Below, piece after piece: positions 18,595 through 27,751 of a stretch of DNA of 64,000 nucleotides. The stretch lies in IMG/VR virus record IMGVR_UViG_3300031455_000001, positions 32,001-96,000 of that record; one strand, 5' to 3'. The notes beneath the pieces were generated by a model. That model made no database searches and was not told where the DNA came from. It worked only from the letters and a program-made list of their open reading frames with translations. Position 1 is the stretch's first letter. Each line of letters opens with the position of its first letter. Made by a program: the position numbers and the translations under genes. This stretch comes from a virus.

Positions 18595-20739
18595 TTATTG
18601 TGTTAAAGATGTAAAATCATCTTTTTTAAGATACTTTCCAATACCAGCGTTTGAAGCTCTATAATAACCAGCCTCTTTATATTCTTCTTCTAATAAATAA
18701 TAAGAAACTACATGACTACCGTTTTTAGACTTCATCACTTGACTTCCTTGAGCCGTTTTACTTGTTTTTGAGTTGACCATTGAAGTATTGAATACTAACG
18801 CTTTATCAATAGAGGAGATCGCTAACATGTCAACGTCTTCATGTGTATGTTTGAAAACTAATGGTTTTTTATTCGCATATGCATTCTTAAGCATCGATCT
18901 ATTCTGTTTAGTTTGATAGGCTGATAACTCAATCTTTGCAACTTTACCATCATCAAACCCGATAAGTAAATTGCCAGAATAATCATTAGTGACGGTTACG
19001 TAAAGAATCTTTTCATCATTTTCTAACTCTAAGAGAGTAGGCAGGTATTCTCCTAAGACAGATGGTTTATGATCTTTTATTTCATATGATTTATATTTAA
19101 AGACATTTTTCTGGTCTGTGAAAACCAAAATATCTGAATTGTTAGTTGTCTCGAACTCGCTAATGATCCTATCTCCATCTTTAACGTTAATAGCGAAGTT
19201 ACCACGTAATGATGTGAGAGGAATTTTCTTTATATATCCTTCTTTAGTTATAAAGATTTTTACATTATAATTATCTACGGTTAGAGATTCACTTTCAATT
19301 TTAGGTACATCTGAGATATTTATGATATTTGATTTGCGCTCTTGTCCGTATAGATCTTTGACAATCTTAAGTTGACTAATTATTAGCTTTGCAATTCTCA
19401 TTTTGCTGTTAATCAGATCTCTAAGATCAGCGATTTCATTTTCAAGAGTATCAATTTCATTTGTACGTTGAATTAAATACTCTTTATTTAAATGTCTTAA
19501 TTTAATTTCTGCAACAAATTCAGCTTGCAATCTATCTATGTCAAAAGCCTTAATAAGATTGTTTACAACCTCACTATTAGACTTGGTTTCACGAATAATC
19601 TTAATAGCTTTGTCAACATCAAGAAAAACTTTTTTAAGAGCTAATAACAAATGCCTCTTCTCTTCTTTCTTTGTAATTTCAAAATTGAGTCCTCGCTTAA
19701 TTGCTCCAGAGCGAAATTTTAACCATTCGTTAATAATTTGTTTTACGCCCAACACTTTAGGTCTTCCATCTACAATTATATTAAAATTGCAACCAAAAGA
19801 AGATTGCAATGGTGTGAGTTTAAATAACTTCTCCACTAAAAGCTCTTTGTTGGTATTGTTTTTTATAGTAACTTCAATGCCTTTAGAGTCTTTCCCATAA
19901 ATATCTTCAACATCTACAATATCTTTTATTTTTCCATCTTTAACAAGTTGAGAAATTTTTTCAATAACTACTTCGAAATTCGTATTATATGGCATTTCCT
20001 CAAATATAATTGAATTTTTTTTAATTATATACTTCGCCCTAATATCAAAAGAGCCGCGACCAGTATTGAAGATATTATTAAATGCAGTTTCGTTGTAGAC
20101 AATGCTTCCGCCAGTAGGGAAGTCTGGTGCTTTAACATGCTCTGATACTTCAACTTTCGGATTCATGATGAGGGCAATTGTAAGATCGATAATTTCATTC
20201 AAATTGAATGATGCAATATTGCTTGCCATACCTACTGCCATTCCGCTTTGAGGATTGACAAGAATATTTGGAAATGTAACTGGAAGCAGTTTTGGTTCTT
20301 TTAAAGTATTATCGTAATTATCAATCATATCTACTGTATTTTTATCAATGTCTTTAAAAAGCTCTTTTGCAACATCTGATAATCTTACTTCAGTGTAGCG
20401 CGCTGATGCGTATTTCATGTCTCTAGAATATTGTTTGCCAAAATTCCCTTTAGAATCGATGAACGGTAGCAAGAGCGATTCTGCATCTACAGACATTCTC
20501 ACTAATGTTTCATAAATACTCATATCGCCATGTGTATGTAGAAACATAGTCTGCCCTACTACCCCTTGAGATTTTTTCCTAGAGCCTTTTAACAATCCCA
20601 TCTTCATCATGGTGTATAAAATACGTCTTTGAGATGGTTTAAAGCCATCAATTTCTGGTAGCGCTCTGTCAGTAATGACATAGGCTGAATATGGCATGTA
20701 ATTCTTCTCTAGAGCTTCTGTTATGTTTTGTTTAAGCAA
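18595..20739 (-). CDS. type IIA topoisomerase subunit A (GyrA/ParC-like)
   Basis: RALPEIDGFKPSQRR, HTHGD, ARYTE catalytic Tyr, GMAVGMAS, PDFPTGG. Confidence 0.93.
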   Translation of the reverse strand: MLKQNITEALEKNYMPYSAYVITDRALPEIDGFKPSQRRILYTMMKMGLLKGSRKKSQGVVGQTMFLHTHGDMSIYETLVRMSVDAESLLLPFIDSKGNFGKQYSRDMKYASARYTEVRLSDVAKELFKDIDKNTVDMIDNYDNTLKEPKLLPVTFPNILVNPQSGMAVGMASNIASFNLNEIIDLTIALIMNPKVEVSEHVKAPDFPTGGSIVYNETAFNNIFNTGRGSFDIRAKYIIKKNSIIFEEMPYNTNFEVVIEKISQLVKDGKIKDIVDVEDIYGKDSKGIEVTIKNNTNKELLVEKLFKLTPLQSSFGCNFNIIVDGRPKVLGVKQIINEWLKFRSGAIKRGLNFEITKKEEKRHLLLALKKVFLDVDKAIKIIRETKSNSEVVNNLIKAFDIDRLQAEFVAEIKLRHLNKEYLIQRTNEIDTLENEIADLRDLINSKMRIAKLIISQLKIVKDLYGQERKSNIINISDVPKIESESLTVDNYNVKIFITKEGYIKKIPLTSLRGNFAINVKDGDRIISEFETTNNSDILVFTDQKNVFKYKSYEIKDHKPSVLGEYLPTLLELENDEKILYVTVTNDYSGNLLIGFDDGKVAKIELSAYQTKQNRSMLKNAYANKKPLVFKHTHEDVDMLAISSIDKALVFNTSMVNSKTSKTAQGSQVMKSKNGSHVVSYYLLEEEYKEAGYYRASNAGIGKYLKKDDFTSLTQ

Positions 20740-20783
20740 ATTTATATCACTCCTTACTTGTTAATATATCATTATTTATTGCA

Positions 20784-22739
20784 TTAATCAAGCGATTCTT
20801 TTAGGTATTCGTGAAGATTATCTTCAATAAACTGCTTTCTTTCTTCTAGGTTATCACCAAGAAACATGTTAAATGCTTTAACGGTTTTTTCAACATCTTC
20901 AGGTACAACTTGAATCAATTTTCTAGTTTCTGGATTCATTGTTGTTTCCCACATCATTTCTGCTGTGTTTTCTCCCAAACCTTTTGATCTTTGTACAGTA
21001 AAACTACCCTTCATTTTTGAAACAATTAAATCTTTCTCCTTATCACTGTATGCGAAAACAGAAACATCATTCTGTTCTATTTCATATAGAGGTGATTCAA
21101 CAATATAAACACAACCATCTTCAATTAGAGTTGGCATGAGTCGATGAATGAGAGTCAATATTAATGTACGAATGTGGAAGCCATCAACGTCTGCGTCCGT
21201 TGTGATTACAATTTTTGACCATCGCAAATTATTCTTATCAAATGTATGAAGGTCTTTAGCGTGTTTTGATTTTACTTCTACTCCACATCCAAAAAGCCTA
21301 ATCATATCAACTATAATATCGTTTTTAAATATCTTATCGTAGTCAGCCTTTAGACAGTTGAGAATTTTTCCACGCAAGGCATAGATGGCTTGAATTTTCT
21401 CATCTCTTCCCATCTTTGTTGAGCCTAATGCTGATTTCCCTTCTACAAGATATAATTCAGTTTTAGTATTGTCTTTTGATTTACAGTTCACGAAGCCATC
21501 TACTCTATTGCTAAGATTGTTCACTGTTCCAGAGAGCTTCTTTTTGATATCTAATCTTGTTTTTTCCGAATGCTCTCTAACCTTCTTGCTAACCAATACA
21601 TGTTTTGCGATTAAATCCATTTCGCTTTTGTTCTCAATAGAATAAGAAGCAAAGAAATTATCTAAAATATCCCTCATTACCGATTCATAATATTTTACGT
21701 AAGATGCAAACTTGGTTTGATTTGCGAACACAGGAAAATAAGATTTAAAATCAATTACATAATTTAAACCCAATAAAACATCTTCTCTAGTTATTTGCTT
21801 TTCATTCTTTTTATACATTCCATTATCACGAATATATTTATTTAAAATACTACGCAATCCGTTTACCAGTCCATCAAAAATTGTTCCGTGGTGTATTAAA
21901 TTGCTACCATTTAAAAACTCAATCTGTGTACAATCTTCATCTTGTCTTGTGTATTTTATGGAAATTGAGGCTTGTATATCATCTACAACATTTTCACCAT
22001 TCTGTTTAGAATTATGAGATGTATTTTTAGAAAAGTGAATTGTTTCATGGATTGCCTCCAGATCAGAAGTGCTATATTCTAAAAACTCTTTCGTATCTTC
22101 ATAACTATACAATTCTTTTACTCCATTAACCTCATCGAAAACCTCAACTGAGCCATTAATTAAAGATGCTTGCTGAGATGCTATTTCACAAAGCTCTTCA
22201 AATGTGAAGTAATTTCCCTCGTATATATCATCGTCTAAAGTGTATTTGATCTTTGTATATGTATTATCTGATTTTCCAATTATACTTAAAGGTTTTACAT
22301 TTTCACCTTTGTGATAAGAAATTGAGTAAATATTCTTGTCAGGTCTTGACACCTCAAATGTTACATCTTGTGCTGAGAAAGTTAGTACGGTGTTGAAAAC
22401 GCCATTCACCCCAACAGTGTAATCGCTATTGTTTATGCCATTATCATATTTTGTCCCTGCAAACAATGTTTCAAATAGTAATTTATAATTCTCAACTCCC
22501 TCTGAATTTACTCCATCTATAGGAAGTCCTTGACAGTTATCTTCTATCGTTAAAGTCTTATCATTATGTAAAGTGATTTTTATCTTATCTCCATTGCCCT
22601 TATTGATCTCATCTGCACTATTTCCAACCAATTCCTTCACGGTGTGAATGACGGCAATGTGATTGGACGCACCTAACCATACCGAAATCTTTTTTCTAAC
22701 TTTCTCTTTTTCAGTTAACTGCTTTATATTCTCTGACAT
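20784..22739 (-). CDS. type IIA topoisomerase subunit B (GyrB/ParE-like)
   Basis: GHKL ExxxNSADE, EGKSA, LRGKILN, DADVDG, KGLGE. Confidence 0.93.
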   Translation of the reverse strand: MSENIKQLTEKEKVRKKISVWLGASNHIAVIHTVKELVGNSADEINKGNGDKIKITLHNDKTLTIEDNCQGLPIDGVNSEGVENYKLLFETLFAGTKYDNGINNSDYTVGVNGVFNTVLTFSAQDVTFEVSRPDKNIYSISYHKGENVKPLSIIGKSDNTYTKIKYTLDDDIYEGNYFTFEELCEIASQQASLINGSVEVFDEVNGVKELYSYEDTKEFLEYSTSDLEAIHETIHFSKNTSHNSKQNGENVVDDIQASISIKYTRQDEDCTQIEFLNGSNLIHHGTIFDGLVNGLRSILNKYIRDNGMYKKNEKQITREDVLLGLNYVIDFKSYFPVFANQTKFASYVKYYESVMRDILDNFFASYSIENKSEMDLIAKHVLVSKKVREHSEKTRLDIKKKLSGTVNNLSNRVDGFVNCKSKDNTKTELYLVEGKSALGSTKMGRDEKIQAIYALRGKILNCLKADYDKIFKNDIIVDMIRLFGCGVEVKSKHAKDLHTFDKNNLRWSKIVITTDADVDGFHIRTLILTLIHRLMPTLIEDGCVYIVESPLYEIEQNDVSVFAYSDKEKDLIVSKMKGSFTVQRSKGLGENTAEMMWETTMNPETRKLIQVVPEDVEKTVKAFNMFLGDNLEERKQFIEDNLHEYLKESLD

Positions 22740-22777
22740 TGAATCACCGTCCTTTTATCTATATGTTTATTATATCA

Positions 22778-23524
22778 TTAATTATTGCACTTGTCAAGAA
22801 CACTTCTTTTAACAAGCTCCATGATTAAGTTTTCGATCTTCTTTTTTAATTCCTCATTAGGTTCAAATGAGTGATATTTCTGCTTTAAATTAACAAATTT
22901 AGAGTCGTGATAATGCTTGATAAAATTTACGAAAACATCTTTTGTAAAAAAACCCTCTCTGATTGATTGCATGAACTCTAAGTCTTCACCTTCATATGTG
23001 ATTGCGCCTTTAAAATCTTCAAAATTAGTTGCTTCAAAATCAACGATCACCTTAAGACATCTATATGCATGTTGGGCTTGTTTTGTATCATAGGAGTATC
23101 TCTCCACCAGATGTTGTGTTCCTTCTGTACCTTTATGTAACAAAGACATCTTTCGATTGTGCATGCCACCACAAGCATTAAATAAGTAGGGCAGATTCAT
23201 TTTAAAAATATCTTTTCTTAGTGAAAAAATCTCTTCTAGTTCTGGATTCCCTTGTGGAATGGTCAATTCATTTGATGCTAACACTTCAAGAAAATTTATA
23301 TTTGATTTAAAAAACAATTGAGATAATTTTCTGACATCATGGATATCATGATCTTCTGTTTCAGTTACCGTCATTTTTGAATACTGTTTTCCTGTATATA
23401 GATCTTCAAATGTTGGAGCAACAAATAATTTATAATCTTTATCAGATTCTTCTGTTGCAAGGTTATAATTCCATGAACCAACAAGGGCTTTTAGTAAAAT
23501 TTCTCTGTCTTCAATTTTCATCAA
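22778..23524 (-). CDS. nucleotidyltransferase (Pol-beta superfamily, YcgL/RlaP-like)
   Basis: VGSWNYNLATEESDKDY; YDTKQAQHAYR. Confidence 0.8.
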   Translation of the reverse strand: MMKIEDREILLKALVGSWNYNLATEESDKDYKLFVAPTFEDLYTGKQYSKMTVTETEDHDIHDVRKLSQLFFKSNINFLEVLASNELTIPQGNPELEEIFSLRKDIFKMNLPYLFNACGGMHNRKMSLLHKGTEGTQHLVERYSYDTKQAQHAYRCLKVIVDFEATNFEDFKGAITYEGEDLEFMQSIREGFFTKDVFVNFIKHYHDSKFVNLKQKYHSFEPNEELKKKIENLIMELVKRSVLDKCNN

Positions 23525-23526
23525 AT

Positions 23527-24306
23527 TTACTCCTTACTATATAATTCTGGATATTTATCTTTTAAGTAGCTCCAACTTACACCTTTAAGTATAGACCTCA
23601 CTTGGGATATGGAAATACTATATTTTTTAGATAATTCTTTTTGTGTAATTTTACCTTTCCTATATTCTTTTATCATGCAGATAACCGATCCTTCTGCCAT
23701 CTTTGATCTTGGATGTTTTTCTCCAGTATTTAAATCACTCAAATGATTTTTTAAATCATCCCATTCTCCATTTGCAAACTTGTCTTTTCTAGTTTTACTG
23801 ATCTTTATATAGGCTTCATCTGGTAATTTTCTATTACTATAGTCTAAACCCATATGAGATTCGCTTATCTTCTTTTTTGTTTCTTCTGATAATTTCTTAC
23901 CATAATTATAATGTTTTTCACCACTACGATTTTTAAAATTTTCCTTTGTTTCTTCTGAATGTTTGAAACCTAATGTAGAACCTGCGTTCTTAAGTATATT
24001 GTATCCAATCTCTCTATTGTATGACTGCAAATAATCAAGCCAATATTGTTCTCTGATAAGTATAGCATCTACCTCCACTATTTCGATTATTAAAAATTCA
24101 AAAGCCTTTTCTTCGTATTTATTCCAAGCATTTTGTAAATATTTATTTCTGTGCTTATTTCCCCTTAGATTTCTCCTATGATCGGAAAATCTAAGTTTTA
24201 TATTAACAGAGCTACCAATATACATTTTTCCATTAATAACATTTTCTAATTTGTAAATTCCGCTCTCCACAACATTACTCTTTCCCTTATGTTTCACATG
24301 AAACAT
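23527..24306 (-). CDS. free-standing GIY-YIG homing endonuclease with NUMOD3 repeats
   Basis: SGIYK...YIGSS...R...REQYW, GYN, HSEETK and LSEETKKKISE; start uncertain because it overlaps parS. Confidence 0.9.
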   Translation of the reverse strand: MFHVKHKGKSNVVESGIYKLENVINGKMYIGSSVNIKLRFSDHRRNLRGNKHRNKYLQNAWNKYEEKAFEFLIIEIVEVDAILIREQYWLDYLQSYNREIGYNILKNAGSTLGFKHSEETKENFKNRSGEKHYNYGKKLSEETKKKISESHMGLDYSNRKLPDEAYIKISKTRKDKFANGEWDDLKNHLSDLNTGEKHPRSKMAEGSVICMIKEYRKGKITQKELSKKYSISISQVRSILKGVSWSYLKDKYPELYSKE

Positions 24307-24508
24307 TTTTTATAATCTCATTTGCTAAATCTAATGCTTCCTCTTTTGTTATTGCCACTACTGCACTAAATTCAGCTTCAAACTCCTCATCATAGTTAAT
24401 TACTTCAATAAAAAATAAATCAGAATTTGCTTCTTCATTATCAATTACTACACGATCTCTTTTATAATCATCTATTTTAGTGAAATATATTTTTTTCATA
24501 TGAATCAC
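24287..24508 (-). CDS. hypothetical acidic protein
   Basis: ORF track; flanked by two parS sites. Confidence 0.55.
   Translation of the reverse strand: MIHMKKIYFTKIDDYKRDRVVIDNEEANSDLFFIEVINYDEEFEAEFSAVVAITKEEALDLANEIIKNVSCET
24290..24305. promoter_or_regulatory. parS: parS site (1 mismatch)
   Basis: TGTTTCACATGAAACA. Confidence 0.8.
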
Positions 24509-24514
24509 TCCTTA

Positions 24515-24530
24515 TGTTTCACGTGAAACA
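24515..24530. promoter_or_regulatory. parS: parS site
   Basis: TGTTTCACGTGAAACA. Confidence 0.9.
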
Positions 24531-24531
24531 T

Positions 24532-24939
24532 TTAATAATCCCTTTTTCCACAGTCTTTACAAAGTGGAAAATCAACCAGATTGTGAATAGTCATTTCTAC
24601 ACAACAATCGACACAAAAATCTTTACCGCAAGACTCACACTCTGCAATGTAGTCTTCACTTGTGCTTTCGCACATGTGACAAAATTTATAGTTGCGAATA
24701 TATTCATTATTATCTAACATTTCTCTAATTACTTTAATTTGATCCACCGTTGCGTCTGGATTTCTGTTTAGCCAGTGACCCAATTCATTCCATCTTATTG
24801 CCTGCTTATTTTTATATGTATTACATATTTTCTGAATATGAAAACGTGCTTGATCATTCAAATGAATACTATGTGCAACATTGACCTCATGAATTAATCT
24901 GTCAATCATTTCTTGTGTTAATTTTTCATAATTTTCCAC
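24532..24939 (-). CDS. protein with C-terminal multi-Cys zinc finger
   Basis: CHMC, CESC, CVDC, CKDC. Confidence 0.7.
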   Translation of the reverse strand: MENYEKLTQEMIDRLIHEVNVAHSIHLNDQARFHIQKICNTYKNKQAIRWNELGHWLNRNPDATVDQIKVIREMLDNNEYIRNYKFCHMCESTSEDYIAECESCGKDFCVDCCVEMTIHNLVDFPLCKDCGKRDY

Positions 24940-24973
24940 TAGATTAATCTCCTCCTTGTTATGTTCAGATGGG

Positions 24974-25300
24974 TTACTTGAAACTGTTGGCTTTAATCAT
25001 TCCTAGTAACCCTTCATATATATGTACTTCTCTTTCAATTTCTATTAAAAGTTGAGGTTGCTCCTCATAGATCGTACCTTCGTGATGCTTCAATAATTCC
25101 TTTGACCGTTCTACTCCATCATTCATAAATCCAATTAGGCGATCTATATCGACTTGAATATAAGGATTTTTATCTATTCCTATTTTCGATGAATTACATT
25201 TAAACTCTTTTGAAATGGCTTTGCTAGTCATGCTTTTCCTCATGGTATATAGGAGTAACAGGTGGCATCTTTGGGTTAATTTCGTGACTTGGCTTTTCAA
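24974..25300 (-). CDS. hypothetical protein
   Basis: ORF track; start uncertain. Confidence 0.5.
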   Translation of the reverse strand: MKSQVTKLTQRCHLLLLYTMRKSMTSKAISKEFKCNSSKIGIDKNPYIQVDIDRLIGFMNDGVERSKELLKHHEGTIYEEQPQLLIEIEREVHIYEGLLGMIKANSFK

Positions 25301-25365
25301 CTGATAGGCTACTGTTAATCTGTTGAAACGGACGAAACAAGATTCTTACTATAAGTTCAATTGGA

Positions 25366-25551
25366 TTATTTTTTCTCATTAAAAATCCCTCCTTTTGAAA
25401 TTTCAGACATAGGCATGAAATTTCCTTCGTAACATCTCTTGCAGTGGTATATACTTAAGTCTATTTCCTCCCAATAAGTCTTAACCATCTCATTTGATAA
25501 AAATTCATCTCCACAATGGTCGCAATTTCGTTTTGGTTTTACATTTTTCAT
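25366..25551 (-). CDS. small zinc-finger protein
   Basis: CDHC...CKRC. Confidence 0.6.
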   Translation of the reverse strand: MKNVKPKRNCDHCGDEFLSNEMVKTYWEEIDLSIYHCKRCYEGNFMPMSEISKGGIFNEKK

Positions 25552-25594
25552 ATAACAACCACCCTTACCACCCTTTTTGTGGACAAAGGTTTAG

Positions 25595-25867
25595 TTAATA
25601 AGAAACAAATACCTGTTTCCCATCTTCAAAATCTCTCTTAGCAGAAATATATTTTTTATATTCCTCGCAGTATTTTTTAAGTTCATTGAATCCTCTTCCT
25701 GTCTCACTTCTGAATTGCTGTAACGCACTTCTATCATCATCTTTTTCAATCAAAGCCTTTACTTCGTCACTCATATACCTAAAATGGTCATACTGTATGT
25801 CATATCCAGTAAAATCATCTTTTGTTGCAGGTCTGAAAAACATTACCTCCCCTCCTATATCGTTCAA
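25595..25867 (-). CDS. hypothetical protein
   Basis: ORF track; likely starts at MFFRP after GGAGGGGAGG. Confidence 0.6.
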   Translation of the reverse strand: MNDIGGEVMFFRPATKDDFTGYDIQYDHFRYMSDEVKALIEKDDDRSALQQFRSETGRGFNELKKYCEEYKKYISAKRDFEDGKQVFVSY

Positions 25868-25891
25868 CTGTCCGACAGTTTAATCGAACGG
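25855..25891. repeat. family C double junction site
   Basis: CTATA-TCGTTC-AACTG TCCGA CAGTT-TAATCG-AACGG. Confidence 0.8.
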
Positions 25892-25896
25892 TTCGG

Positions 25897-26130
25897 CTAT
25901 TCTTGACCAACAAATGTGTTGTAATTAGTAGGAATATTTAATTGTACATAAAAGTCTTTTTCGCAATGATCGCATTCCGTTTCAATAACCTCTTCATCTT
26001 CAAATATTTCAAAGCACCTGTTTAAATCAGTTACCTCTTGTTCTTCTCCACAATGAGGACAAATCGGATATTGATTCTTCCATAGCTTTATATCATTATC
26101 TTGATACAATCTTTTACTCATTACTTTCAT
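25897..26130 (-). CDS. small zinc-ribbon protein
   Basis: CPHC...CDHC. Confidence 0.65.
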   Translation of the reverse strand: MKVMSKRLYQDNDIKLWKNQYPICPHCGEEQEVTDLNRCFEIFEDEEVIETECDHCEKDFYVQLNIPTNYNTFVGQE

Positions 26131-26161
26131 TCCTCCCTATATGGTTCTATTACGTGGTAAT

Positions 26162-26177
26162 TGTTCCACGTGAAACA
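26162..26177. promoter_or_regulatory. parS: parS site
   Basis: TGTTCCACGTGAAACA. Confidence 0.9.
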
Positions 26178-26208
26178 ATTAGATAAAATTCTTCTATTAT
26201 CCAAATAT

Positions 26209-26254
26209 TATCTCCCGAATACTCCCATATGCTACCGAATACTCCCATATGCTA
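26209..26254 (-). repeat. 10-bp periodic array (20-bp unit x2)
   Basis: Minus strand TAGCATATGG GAGTATTCGG TAGCATATGG GAGTATTCGG GAGATA. Confidence 0.8.
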
Positions 26255-26269
26255 CAATTACCTAACCCT

Positions 26270-26536
26270 TTAATTTAACTTATTTTTTAGGAACTCAATA
26301 AAGTCATCGTCTTCAACATTGTAGAGTTCTATTTCGATGTCTTCAATAATATACCTGTCATAACTTTCTCTCAAAACTCTATACTCGTATTTGCGATTGT
26401 TGAGACTGTTATATTCCCAAGTTAAATTGCTTATTAATTGATTAAACCTTGTGTCTGGTTGTTTTTCCCAAATTTCTTCCAACAAGCTCATGACCACTTT
26501 AATTCTTTTTGGATCTCTAGTGTTATGATTTTTCAT
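26270..26536 (-). CDS. conserved phage protein (RDPKRI...W...PDxRFxQL)
   Basis: Motif typical of a widespread small phage family. Confidence 0.65.
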   Translation of the reverse strand: MKNHNTRDPKRIKVVMSLLEEIWEKQPDTRFNQLISNLTWEYNSLNNRKYEYRVLRESYDRYIIEDIEIELYNVEDDDFIEFLKNKLN

Positions 26537-26819
26537 TTAAACCACTATTCCTTCTCTTGTAGTTTTCTCGTAGCTTCTCTTTTTTCAGCTTCCTATAGTA
26601 GTCATCTTTATTTACTTTTTTCTCTTTATTACATTTAGGGCAATATAAGATAAGTGATTTGTAAAGCCGAACTTTTCCTACTTCGTCAATGTAGGGCTTG
26701 GTTATTGTATCTATCTCTTCATATTCATGATCGCACTTGTTGCGTGATTTAAAAAAATCTCCTGAATATACTCCTAACCATAACGATGATATAAGGATCA
26801 TTCCGATAATAAAAGTCAT
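26523..26819 (-). CDS. membrane-anchored Cys/His protein
   Basis: N-terminal TM; CDH...YCPKC. Confidence 0.6.
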   Translation of the reverse strand: MTFIIGMILISSLWLGVYSGDFFKSRNKCDHEYEEIDTITKPYIDEVGKVRLYKSLILYCPKCNKEKKVNKDDYYRKLKKEKLRENYKRRNSGLNEKS

Positions 26820-26831
26820 ATTATCACCTCT

Positions 26832-27287
26832 CTACATTAGTTTGTATAATGTTACTGAATATCCATCAAAGGCATCCATTAAATGATTGTCAACTACGCT
26901 CCATTTTGCGCCACCAAGACCACAGCCAACCCTGTAAGGCATTGCCACTGAGAGGCTGTTCAGTTCAGCAAACTTCCTTACAGTATTGAAACATTGTAAC
27001 AATGCGTCTGTATCAGTGTATTGTTTATCTCTGCCATAATAATTTTGACCAAACATATTAAATATCATTTTATCCTCAACTTTGACTCCTTGGATATACC
27101 CCAGAAGATTCTTTCTTTTTTCATCACTTAGATCTTGTGTTAAGTCTTTGTAATCGTAAAAGACTTGTGGATATTTCTTTTTGATCTGTAAAGCTAAACC
27201 TGCTCCAAAAACTCCTCTGCAATTTACTTGATGTGCAATGATATCTTCCTTAGCCTCTAGAATGTCTCCATAGATAAGCTTTATCAT
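26832..27287 (-). CDS. macrodomain ADP-ribose hydrolase (Poa1p/TARG1/DarG-like)
   Basis: GDIL, AHQVNCRGVFGAGLA, PYRVGCGLGGAKW. Confidence 0.9.
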   Translation of the reverse strand: MIKLIYGDILEAKEDIIAHQVNCRGVFGAGLALQIKKKYPQVFYDYKDLTQDLSDEKRKNLLGYIQGVKVEDKMIFNMFGQNYYGRDKQYTDTDALLQCFNTVRKFAELNSLSVAMPYRVGCGLGGAKWSVVDNHLMDAFDGYSVTLYKLM

Positions 27288-27751
27288 TAAATCACCTCAT
27301 CCATCCCTAAATTGGCAAGTGCATCTGCGCGCTCGTTCCCTTCGTGACCCGCATGACCTTTTATTTTTAAGATTTCAATATCACTTTGTAACGATACAAG
27401 TTCATCTAGCCTTTTCCATAAATCTAAATTTAAAATAGGTTTCTTGTCAGCCTTTCTCCATCCTTTTTTCTTCCATCCTGCAACCCACTGATTAATTCCA
27501 TTTACTACATATGCTGAGTCTGCATAGATGCGTATAGGTGTATCTCTCGTATGTACAGCTTCAAGCGCTTTTATAACTCCTGTTAATTCCATTTGATTAT
27601 TGGAAGCACCTTTTTCACCGCCATACAGCTCTTTTTTTATTTCACCATATTGGAGCAACGCACCCCAACCTCCAATGCTATCAAGGCTTCCATTCCCGCG
27701 GCTTCCACCGTCTGTGTATACGATTATTTCTGACATATTAAATCTCTCCAT
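27287..27751 (-). CDS. rnhA: ribonuclease HI
   Basis: YTDGGSRGN, NNQMEL, DSAYV, KGHAGHEGNERADALA. Confidence 0.95.
   Translation of the reverse strand: MERFNMSEIIVYTDGGSRGNGSLDSIGGWGALLQYGEIKKELYGGEKGASNNQMELTGVIKALEAVHTRDTPIRIYADSAYVVNGINQWVAGWKKKGWRKADKKPILNLDLWKRLDELVSLQSDIEILKIKGHAGHEGNERADALANLGMDEVI

Noticed and set aside
25855-25896. LexA/Cheo SOS boxes
   Set aside because: The GAAC and GTTC half-sites have the wrong order and spacing; GAAC-N4-GTTC is required.
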